The position numbers and the translations under genes were made by a program. This document shows positions 27,829 through 35,897 of a stretch of 48,673 nucleotides of DNA, piece by piece. The DNA lies in IMG/VR virus record IMGVR_UViG_3300005573_000130, positions 1 through 48,673 of that record, one strand, 5' to 3'. The stretch comes from a virus. Its lineage: Duplodnaviria; Caudoviricetes. The notes under the pieces are model-generated. The model was not told the DNA's origin. It searched no databases and was given only the letters and a program-made list of their open reading frames with translations. The number at the start of each line of letters is the position of its first letter. Position 1 is the stretch's first letter.

Positions 27829-29069
27829 CCACCTATACCACAGACCTCCGCTTCCCGATCATGACGCCCGGCGATCCGAGCGTGACGAACTCGTGGGGCA
27901 CGATCCTAAACAGCTTCATCCAGGTTCTCGAAACTGCGATCACCGGCTCCTCCGGCATCAACATTGCTGGCCTGACGCAATACACCCTGACAGTGGCGAA
28001 CAACGCCCCAGACCAGGCGCGGCAATCCGTCTATAATTTCACGGGTGCGCTGACGGCGGCTTGCACCGTGACCATTCCGCAGGTTCCGAAAACCGGGTTC
28101 GTCTGGAACCAGACAACCGGCGGCCAAGATGTCATTCTGACGACCGGCGCGACCGGCGGCGAAAACCTTTCCGTCCCTCCCGGCTACATGATGATCTTCG
28201 TCTGCGACGGGACCAATGTCGTCGGGCCGCAATTCAGCGCTGCTCGTCTTCCTGGCGAAATGGTCGCTTACGCAGGTAATACCTTGCCGCCACTTTGGCA
28301 TATTTGCGACGGGACGGCGATCAGTCGCACTACCTACGCCGCTTTGTTCAATGCTATCACCCAAGCGAACACGGGGACAACGACCGCCGGATCAACGTCT
28401 ATGTCCGTCACGAGCGGTTCCGGCATTCAGACTCTCCCGTGCCCGATTTCCGGGCCTGGGATTCCCGCAGGCACTATCGTCACGGCCGAAAGCGGATCGG
28501 CAGGCGCGTGGACGTGGACGCTCTCGGCTGCCGCAACCGCGTCGTTATCCGGTGCGTCGTTCGTAACTGCGCCTTATGGCGTAGGTGATGGATTAACGAC
28601 ATTCAACAAACCTGATCTTCGTAGTAGAGCCCCCGTCGGTCAGGATAACATGGGAGCCGCTGGCCCAGCGAATTTGTCGCCGGTAACGTCTCTCGGCGCC
28701 CAAGTCGGCAGCCAATATCTGCAAGCGCACATACATTCCATCAACGACCCAGGTCATAGTCATGGGGCTGGAGATCATGGACACAGTCACGGCGTAAACG
28801 ATCCAGGCCATAGTCACCCGCAAAGCGGTAATACCCTATCAATTACGGTTAGCTCTCAAACGCACGGCGCAGGCGAATCGCAGATTTATGGTCCTTATTC
28901 TGACTATACATACACCGGCTATACCAGCATCTCCATTCAAACCGGGTATGCGGATGTTTTCGTCAACGCGGCTTACACCGGGATAACCGTTAACTCTACG
29001 GGATCTGGCGGCGCGCAAAACATGCAGCCGTCGTTGGGTGTGAACTGGATCATTTACGCGGGCGCATGA
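27825..29069 (+). CDS. Tail fibre with tail-collar domain and HxH metal-binding repeats
   Basis: N-terminal YT..LR...G....SWG..LN; collar GEMVAYAG...CDGTAISRTTYAALF...GDG.TTFN.PDLR; HIH, GHSH x3; C-terminal NMQPSLGVNWII; ATG 27825 in ATGA overlap. Confidence 0.8.
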   Translation: MTTYTTDLRFPIMTPGDPSVTNSWGTILNSFIQVLETAITGSSGINIAGLTQYTLTVANNAPDQARQSVYNFTGALTAACTVTIPQVPKTGFVWNQTTGGQDVILTTGATGGENLSVPPGYMMIFVCDGTNVVGPQFSAARLPGEMVAYAGNTLPPLWHICDGTAISRTTYAALFNAITQANTGTTTAGSTSMSVTSGSGIQTLPCPISGPGIPAGTIVTAESGSAGAWTWTLSAAATASLSGASFVTAPYGVGDGLTTFNKPDLRSRAPVGQDNMGAAGPANLSPVTSLGAQVGSQYLQAHIHSINDPGHSHGAGDHGHSHGVNDPGHSHPQSGNTLSITVSSQTHGAGESQIYGPYSDYTYTGYTSISIQTGYADVFVNAAYTGITVNSTGSGGAQNMQPSLGVNWIIYAGA

Positions 29070-29072
29070 TCC

Positions 29073-31121
29073 ATGCCGATGCAAAAGCTTACGCTCAAGC
29101 CTGGCGTCAATGTCGAACGCACGCCGACTTTGAACGAGGGCGGCATTTCCACCAGTCAACTTATTCGGTTCTTCGATGGTCTGCCGCAAAAGATCGGCGG
29201 TTGGACAGAGCTTATCCCAGAGCAATTCGTTGGAACCTGCCGCGGCATGCACGGGTGGGGAGACCTCAACGGAAATCCGTATCTGGCGCTCGGCACCGAA
29301 CAGAAGCTCTATGTTGTCAACGGCGGCCAGCTTCAGGATATTACGCCGATCAGAACGACGACGAACAATCCCGTTTCGATTTCCACAACGAGCGGTTCTT
29401 CGACCGTCACCGTCAACGACCCTGGCAATGGCGCGCTTGCTTCTGACTGGCTCACTTTCAACACACATGTTTCGGTCGGCGGCATCGTTCTGTTCGGCCA
29501 ATATCAGATCAGCGGGGCAGTGGGGAGCAGCTATCCGATAACGGTTCCGGTGGCGCCTACGGCGACGGTGAGCGATGGCGGCGCGGTTGCATCTCTCGCC
29601 ACCACCAGCGGCAGCGGCACGGTCACGGTCACGCTTGCCAATCATGGATTGGTTGCGGGGAATGTTTGGAACCAAGTCGTCGCCGTCACGGTTGGCGGCA
29701 TCACGCTTTCCGGCCTTTATTCCGTGCAGACGGTTCCGAGTTCCAGCACGTTCACAATCACCGCCGCCGATGTCGCGACAAGCACCGCAAGCGCGTCCGA
29801 AAACGGCGGGGATATGCAAATAGCGTATGACATTTCCACCGGATATGCGGTGAATACCCCGCAAACCGGATGGGGTACGGGCGCGTATGGAGCGGGCGAA
29901 TACGGGATCAAAAGTTCTGGGCAACAGACCGCACCGATGCGCCAATGGTCATTGCAGCATTTCGGCCAGGACTTGATCGCATCCCCAACCGAGGGGGGCA
30001 TCTATTATTGGTCACCTCAGACCGGAGGTGTCGCGCAAGAGCTTTCCGCGACCGCGCCGACCTCCTGCCGCGTTGTGAGGATGGTTGCCCAGGCCGAGAT
30101 CGTCGCCGCGTTCGGATCGGAAGCGGGCGGATCGCTTCAACCGACTTTGGTTTCCTGGTGCGATGCCGGCGACTTCACCGACTGGACCCCGACTGCGACG
30201 AACCAAGCTGGGAACTATCAAATCCCGTCAGGCTCGAAGATAGTCGCGGCGGCCGGTCTCGGTCTCGGTGTTTTGATCTGGACCGACGTTGATCTGTGGT
30301 CCATGACCTATCAAGGCTTGCCCTACGTTTTCGGGTTTAACCGCGTTGCCGTTGCGTGTGAGGCGCTGTCCATGCGCTGCATCGCGCCGCTCTCCGGATA
30401 CCTCGTGATCTGGCTCAACCAGCGCACGTTCTTCCAATACAACGGCTTTATGGTCCAGCCGATGAAATGCCCGGTCTGGGACTTCATGTGGGATCAGATC
30501 GACCTCACACAGCTTGAAGCGGTGTTCTGCGCCGTCAACACGGTATTCAACGAGGCGGCCTGGTATTTCCCGCTCGACCCGTCACTGCTTGGGGGCGATC
30601 CGATCGGAGAATTTGAGATCGGCGTAAGCGCCATCGGTGGAACGCTGCCGCCAATGGGGTATGTCAAATACAACTACCTAGAAAATCTCTGGGACTGTGG
30701 CTATTTGGACCGGACGGCATGGGTCGATGTCACGCCGCTTGGCAACCCTATCGGCGCAAGTTCCACCGGCCAACTATACCAGCATGAGAACGGCACCGAT
30801 GCGGCTGGTCTGCCTATCAACTGGTCGTGGTCCACCGGCTATATCGACGTTGCTCAAGGGGAGGAGTATCCGTTCCTCGACATGGTGATCCCGGATTTCC
30901 TCGGGGATTATACGAGCATCCAGATGGAGATCACGGCGCTCCGCGAGCCGAACGCCGCGCCTCTGTCGCACGGCCCCTACAATCTGACGCCATCGACGCC
31001 CTACGTGAACACGCGCGTTCGCGGACGCCAGGTGGCGTTCAAATTCAGTGGCAATGATCTTGGGAGCTTCAACCGGCTTGGCGCGATCCGATACCGGGTC
31101 GCCGCCGCAGGGAGGCGGTAA
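29073..31121 (+). CDS. Tail nozzle/DNA stabilisation protein (P22 gp10/T7 gp12-like beta-propeller)
   Basis: LKPGVN, IRFFDGLPQKIGGW, WSLQHFGQDLIA, VSWCD, PTATNQAG, LIWTD and RVRGRQVAFK...RLGAIRY...GRR motifs. Confidence 0.78.
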   Translation: MPMQKLTLKPGVNVERTPTLNEGGISTSQLIRFFDGLPQKIGGWTELIPEQFVGTCRGMHGWGDLNGNPYLALGTEQKLYVVNGGQLQDITPIRTTTNNPVSISTTSGSSTVTVNDPGNGALASDWLTFNTHVSVGGIVLFGQYQISGAVGSSYPITVPVAPTATVSDGGAVASLATTSGSGTVTVTLANHGLVAGNVWNQVVAVTVGGITLSGLYSVQTVPSSSTFTITAADVATSTASASENGGDMQIAYDISTGYAVNTPQTGWGTGAYGAGEYGIKSSGQQTAPMRQWSLQHFGQDLIASPTEGGIYYWSPQTGGVAQELSATAPTSCRVVRMVAQAEIVAAFGSEAGGSLQPTLVSWCDAGDFTDWTPTATNQAGNYQIPSGSKIVAAAGLGLGVLIWTDVDLWSMTYQGLPYVFGFNRVAVACEALSMRCIAPLSGYLVIWLNQRTFFQYNGFMVQPMKCPVWDFMWDQIDLTQLEAVFCAVNTVFNEAAWYFPLDPSLLGGDPIGEFEIGVSAIGGTLPPMGYVKYNYLENLWDCGYLDRTAWVDVTPLGNPIGASSTGQLYQHENGTDAAGLPINWSWSTGYIDVAQGEEYPFLDMVIPDFLGDYTSIQMEITALREPNAAPLSHGPYNLTPSTPYVNTRVRGRQVAFKFSGNDLGSFNRLGAIRYRVAAAGRR

Positions 31122-31498
31122 TGTCAGACTACTCTGGCGGCGCGGGCGGCCCCGGTGGCTATCAAGGCGGCAATCTTACCCAACTCGTCGTCGCCCTTCA
31201 GGAACTGATCAAGGCGAGCTATCTCAGCCAGCAAACGCTTGCGCAAATAGCCGCCGCGCTTGGCGCTGGCGGTGCGCCGCTCAATCCCGTCACGCCAGCG
31301 ATCCCAGCGTCAGGGACCGCGGTCAAGAACACCGGGACGGCACCGGTCTCGGTATATCTCAGCGGGGGGACCGTGAGCGCGGTTTCCGTGAATGGTCTCA
31401 CGACGGGGCTAACGTCGGGGCTATTTATTCTTGCGCCGCAATCCAGTATTGTCTTGACATATTCCGCCGCCCCGTCATGGGTCTGGGTCGGATCATAA
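31121..31498 (+). CDS. Small tail protein (helix plus beta module)
   Basis: TAATG coupled to the nozzle gene; C-terminal VYLSGGTVSAV...ILAPQSSIVLTYSAAPSWVW. Confidence 0.6.
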   Translation: MSDYSGGAGGPGGYQGGNLTQLVVALQELIKASYLSQQTLAQIAAALGAGGAPLNPVTPAIPASGTAVKNTGTAPVSVYLSGGTVSAVSVNGLTTGLTSGLFILAPQSSIVLTYSAAPSWVWVGS

Positions 31499-31510
31499 GA
31501 GGAACGCGCG

Positions 31511-31855
31511 ATGCCTGAAGCAAGACCGCTCTATGTGCGCGCCGCAAAACACGACAGATTCTCGCCCGCGGTAGGGTCATTCATCACCGTTTCTCTGCCG
31601 GGGGAGATGCTGCGCGTTCCGGTCCGCCGTGTTCTTGGGGCGAACCGAGTCGTGTTCGAGATCGACGGCCAGCCGCTTACGCGCGGCCACACTTTCCGCA
31701 AGGGCGACATCGGCGTTGCGAACCGGGTCAGCGGGGTTCTCGGCGACCAATGGGTGTGCGATGAGCCCTACCGCGAGCCGCCCGAGCCTCTGCCGCCGGA
31801 AGACCCGCCCCCGCGCGCTCCGCGCCGGCGCGTGGTGAAGGGCGAACGCTCATGA
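31511..31855 (+). CDS. Hypothetical protein
   Basis: RBS AGAGGA; 114 aa; ATGA overlap with the next gene. Confidence 0.55.
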   Translation: MPEARPLYVRAAKHDRFSPAVGSFITVSLPGEMLRVPVRRVLGANRVVFEIDGQPLTRGHTFRKGDIGVANRVSGVLGDQWVCDEPYREPPEPLPPEDPPPRAPRRRVVKGERS

Positions 31856-32760
31856 GCGGCACGGCCACCATCGGCGGCCCGCCGCCGTCGGCCATGACGG
31901 CGATGCCGGGCATGTCGCAGATGATTCAGCGGTTCCAAAGCATGTCGCCGGAACAACTGCAACAGACCGTCGCGATGATGGGCGGCAGCCAGATGGGGCA
32001 GCTTGCGCGCCAGGTTCTCCAGCAAAAGCAGATGATGCCTAACGTCGGCGCCGGCGCGCAACCGCCAGGGGGGACAGCGGGGTTTCCGATGGCACCATCC
32101 GCGCCACCCGTCGGGGGCGCCCCTATGGCCCCTCCTGCCGGCGCGCCGACCGCTGCCGCGCCGCCTGGGTCTGCCTTCGGTGCGCCGGTCTCTGCCGCCG
32201 GCCCATATCAGCGCGGCGGCCATGTGCCAGGCTTTGCCTTCGGCGGCTCGCCGATGGGCATGAGCATGGGGATGGCTGACCCGTGGTGGACGCGGCGCGA
32301 GGCAACCGACACCGGCTTGCTCCACTCGCAGGTGCCCGGACGCACGGACCACATCGCGACGAACGCGCCGGTTGACTCCTATGTCATCCCTGCCGACGTG
32401 GTTTCTGGGCTTGGAGAGGGCAACACGCTTGCCGGCGCGCGGGTATTGACGGAGGCGCTGAACACAGGGCCTCACGGGATTCCGCAAGGACGGACGGGGC
32501 CGCATCGAGACAACATCCCCAGGCCGCCGCCCTTGGATTGGGGTGCTGGGCAAGCGTCGGGGGGCCGGACCGATCACGTTCCCATCGCGGCGGCAGGGGG
32601 CGAGTTCATTGTTCCTCCCGAAGCCGTGAAGCGCCTCGGCGGTGGGGACGCCAAGCGCGGGCATCGGCTGCTTGATGAATTTGTCGTGCAAGCACGCCAT
32701 CGGATCATCGCGGAGATGAGGCGCCTCAAAGGTCCGGTCAAACCAGGAGAGAAAACTTGA
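31852..32760 (+). CDS. Putative internal virion protein with aromatic-x-x-GG motifs
   Basis: M/Q/P/G-rich N-terminus; two repeats (GRTDH...YVIPADVVS.LG.GN..AG and GRTDH...GEFIVPPEAV..LG.GD...G). Confidence 0.65.
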   Translation: MSGTATIGGPPPSAMTAMPGMSQMIQRFQSMSPEQLQQTVAMMGGSQMGQLARQVLQQKQMMPNVGAGAQPPGGTAGFPMAPSAPPVGGAPMAPPAGAPTAAAPPGSAFGAPVSAAGPYQRGGHVPGFAFGGSPMGMSMGMADPWWTRREATDTGLLHSQVPGRTDHIATNAPVDSYVIPADVVSGLGEGNTLAGARVLTEALNTGPHGIPQGRTGPHRDNIPRPPPLDWGAGQASGGRTDHVPIAAAGGEFIVPPEAVKRLGGGDAKRGHRLLDEFVVQARHRIIAEMRRLKGPVKPGEKT

Positions 32761-33287
32761 CCGAGGCGCATATGAGCGTGTGGCGTGCCCGAGAGCGCCA
32801 TTTGCCGGCGATCGTGGACTTTGTGATTGACAATCTCGCCGAAGGCGCGATCCAGCAGATAGATCATGAGCGTGTCACGGGGATGGTGAATACCGTCCTG
32901 CGGGATGGCATCGTCGGGGCCATAGGCGCACCGGACGCGATCGAGGCGAGCATCGGCGTGTTCCTCGATCATCTCCCCTATACGACCCAGCCGCATTTCC
33001 GGGTTCGTTGGTTCGGCGTCGGCAAGGCGTGGCGCGGCACCGGCCATGCGGCCAAGCTGATGAGCTTCGCGCGGTGGTTCTATCAGAGCGTGCAGACGGC
33101 GGGCGCCGAGCTGGTGCCATTCCTGTTCGAGGTTCCCGTCAATGCGCGTGTGATGGGAAAGATCGGGATGGTTCACCACGAGGCGCCGCAGGTCGGGGCG
33201 ATTTTCGCTTGGGGCGCGCCCCAGGACATGCAGGTTTCTTTTCCGCGGCGGCAGCAACGAGTCCGCCGGCATGACGCCGCCTCGTAG
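32757..33287 (+). CDS. GNAT-fold protein 1
   Basis: VWRARERHLPAI and WFGVGKAWRGTGHAAKLM (acetyl-CoA binding loop R-G-x-G). Confidence 0.65.
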   Translation: MTEAHMSVWRARERHLPAIVDFVIDNLAEGAIQQIDHERVTGMVNTVLRDGIVGAIGAPDAIEASIGVFLDHLPYTTQPHFRVRWFGVGKAWRGTGHAAKLMSFARWFYQSVQTAGAELVPFLFEVPVNARVMGKIGMVHHEAPQVGAIFAWGAPQDMQVSFPRRQQRVRRHDAAS

Positions 33288-33759
33288 GCAGCCATCCGGC
33301 GTTCGGATTGCCACAGGGGCAGATGCCGAGACCGTTTTCAATCTCGTCATGGCTTCAAGCGCGGCGGGGCACACGGTCGGCCCCGCTTCCCCTGCCGTTG
33401 TTCGCGCTGAAATCGCCAAGGCGTTCGAGCCGCAAAGCATGACGGTTGTCGCGCTCGCCGAAAAAGAGGGCGACGCGGTCGGCATGGTTGCGTTGAGATT
33501 GGCGAAAATGTGGTATAGTGGAGAGGAGGGCTACTACTGGACAGAGCTAGGGCTCTATGTCCGGGAGGACGCCCGTGCGAGCCGCTGCGCGATCAAGCTC
33601 TTGCAGTTTGTTCGATGGTGGTCGGCCCAGACGGCGATGCCGGTCTATTTCTCCTTGGCGCCAAGCGTCGATTTCGCGCGCAAGGAGAGGCTTTTCAGTA
33701 GGTTCGCGAAGCGCGTAGGCTCGCTCTACCGCTTCGACGCCGGCAAGGAGATCGCGTGA
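33271..33759 (+). CDS. GNAT-fold protein 2
   Basis: VRIATGAD, LAEKEGDAVGMV and ELGLYVREDARASRCAIKLL. Confidence 0.7.
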   Translation: MTPPRRQPSGVRIATGADAETVFNLVMASSAAGHTVGPASPAVVRAEIAKAFEPQSMTVVALAEKEGDAVGMVALRLAKMWYSGEEGYYWTELGLYVREDARASRCAIKLLQFVRWWSAQTAMPVYFSLAPSVDFARKERLFSRFAKRVGSLYRFDAGKEIA

Positions 33760-35897
33760 TGGGCATGGGCGGCGGCACAAATACGGTTACGAACTCGGCG
33801 CCTCCGGCGTATGTCCAGCAGGCATACCAGGGCGCGCTCGCGAACGCGCAGCAGGTAGCGAGCACCCCATATACGCCTTATGCCGGCGGCAACCCGAGCG
33901 CCTATGTGGCTGGCCTGACGCCGCAGCAGACGCAAGCGATGGGCGAGATCGGCAGTGCTCAAGGGATGGCGCAGCCCTATTTCAACCAAGCGCAATCCGA
34001 CATCCAGGCGAGCACGACGCCGCTTTGGGCAAGCACGCAGCAATTTTCGCCGTCCAACGTCAATCAGTATTACAACCCATACGTCCAGAACGTCGTTCAA
34101 GCGACGCAGGCCGAGTTCAACAACCAGAACGCAATGACCGCGAACCAGATCACAGGGAACGCGGCGTCTCAGGGCGCGCTCGGCGGCAATCGCGTTGGCG
34201 TCCAACAAGGCATCACTGCCGGTCAGGAGCAGCTTGCGCAGGCGCCTCAGATCGCGGGACTTGAGCAGTCGGGATACAATTCGGCGCTGGGCGAATTCAA
34301 CACCCAGCAGCAGGCGCAGTTGGGCGCGAACGAGGCGAATTCGTGGCTCAACAGCCAAGCTGGGTTCGGCATGAGCGCCTTGGGACAATCGGCGGAGGGA
34401 ACGGCTCTGACCGGCGCGAACGCGCTGATGAGCAGCGGCACGATGCAACAGCAGCAGAACCAAGCAATGCTGAACGTGCCCTATGAGAATTATCTCGCGC
34501 AGCAATCCTATCCGTTCCAGACCAGCCAGTTCGTGACGAACGCGGCGGAGGGGATCGGCTCGCAGTCCGGCGGCACGTCGAGCACGACGCCTTCGCCATA
34601 CTCGACCGCGATGAGCGGGGCGCTTGGGCTTGGAGCGATGGGTTTGGGCGCCTATTCCGCGTTGGCCGGCACGGGGGTGGCCGCCGCCGATCTGACGACA
34701 GCGGGCGCCACGGCAGGTTCGATGGCAGGTATGGCGGGCGACCTGGGGCTGGCCTCGATGGGCTTCATGAAACGCGGCGGTTCGGTCCAAGGCTTCGCGG
34801 ACGGCGGCGCTCCTGACGACTATCCGATCTGGGCCGGTGGCGGCAATGTCGGCGCATCCGCGAGTGCGCCCACTCCGGCGGCATCGATTGGCAATCCGGG
34901 CAGTATCCCACCGCCTCCGTCCCCTGACGCCATAACCTACACTCCCCCCATCCCGCCTGACCGTGCGCCGTCGCGCGGGGCTGGCGCTCGCGGCATTGCC
35001 TGGGATCAGCTATCGCAGGCGTCCGGCATGGGAAATCCAATATCTGCCGTGGCGTCGTCTGACTCTGGCGGGATGGGAAACCCTCGTGGCGCTCTCTCCG
35101 GCATCCCGGTTGCGCCGAACTCGCTCAATCGCGACTACAGCGACCAGCTATCGAAGCTCGAACGCGACGCGGCGGCCTACAAGCCGAATGTCTTGGCTGA
35201 CATCGCGGAAGGGCTGGGGCGTGGCGCGGCGGCGACAACCTCGGCGCGACCGTTCGCCGGCCTCGGGGAGGCCGTGGCCGGTGCCAATCAGGCCTATCGC
35301 GGCGACATCCAGCACGCGAATGACCTCATGGCGCGCGTGGACGAGGCCAAGCAGCGCCTCGCCGAGCAGGCCGACTACCACACATTGCTCGCCGGCCAGG
35401 GTCAGCAGAGGGCGGACACGGGCGCCGCACGGGAGCAGGATTACGCCAGCCGGATCGCGCTGCGGAATCAGACCGATCTGACGCAAGCCCAGGTTCGGCA
35501 GCTTGACGCCCAAACGCGGGCACAGCTTGCCGCGGCGCGCATCCAGAACATGCAAGGGAGCACGTCTGACCCCGGCGTTGATCGCATCGCCTACGGGAAA
35601 GCCTATGGCGATGTCTATGGGAAAATGGCCGCCGCGCATCCTGACTGGTCTCACGAGCAAATAGCGGCTGCCGTGCAAGGTGTGCTTGGCCCTGTCCCCG
35701 GTGCAGCGGCGCCAAAAACGGACGCATCTTTGTCGCTGGATACGACGGTTCCGACGACTCAGGCAGCCCAAACGCCTTCGATGCCGCAGGTAGCGACACC
35801 CGCAGAAGCCGCGAAGCTACCGCCCGGAACTAAATTCCGAGACCCCAACGGGATTATTCGGACGGTTCCGACGCCACAAATTCCGTTTGTGCCGTGA
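33756..35897 (+). CDS. DNA pilot/ejection protein
   Basis: MGGG start after GNAT; PYTPY, VAGLTPQQ, YYNPYVQNV, GALGGNR motifs; Q/A/G-rich; hydrophobic Gly/Ala segment; C-terminal LPPGTKFRDPNG. Confidence 0.72.
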   Translation: MMGMGGGTNTVTNSAPPAYVQQAYQGALANAQQVASTPYTPYAGGNPSAYVAGLTPQQTQAMGEIGSAQGMAQPYFNQAQSDIQASTTPLWASTQQFSPSNVNQYYNPYVQNVVQATQAEFNNQNAMTANQITGNAASQGALGGNRVGVQQGITAGQEQLAQAPQIAGLEQSGYNSALGEFNTQQQAQLGANEANSWLNSQAGFGMSALGQSAEGTALTGANALMSSGTMQQQQNQAMLNVPYENYLAQQSYPFQTSQFVTNAAEGIGSQSGGTSSTTPSPYSTAMSGALGLGAMGLGAYSALAGTGVAAADLTTAGATAGSMAGMAGDLGLASMGFMKRGGSVQGFADGGAPDDYPIWAGGGNVGASASAPTPAASIGNPGSIPPPPSPDAITYTPPIPPDRAPSRGAGARGIAWDQLSQASGMGNPISAVASSDSGGMGNPRGALSGIPVAPNSLNRDYSDQLSKLERDAAAYKPNVLADIAEGLGRGAAATTSARPFAGLGEAVAGANQAYRGDIQHANDLMARVDEAKQRLAEQADYHTLLAGQGQQRADTGAAREQDYASRIALRNQTDLTQAQVRQLDAQTRAQLAAARIQNMQGSTSDPGVDRIAYGKAYGDVYGKMAAAHPDWSHEQIAAAVQGVLGPVPGAAAPKTDASLSLDTTVPTTQAAQTPSMPQVATPAEAAKLPPGTKFRDPNGIIRTVPTPQIPFVP

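Noticed and set aside
19661-29069. Invertible or shufflon-type tail-fibre switching to explain two fibres
   Set aside because: All genes are co-oriented, and no invertase or flanking inverted repeats were seen
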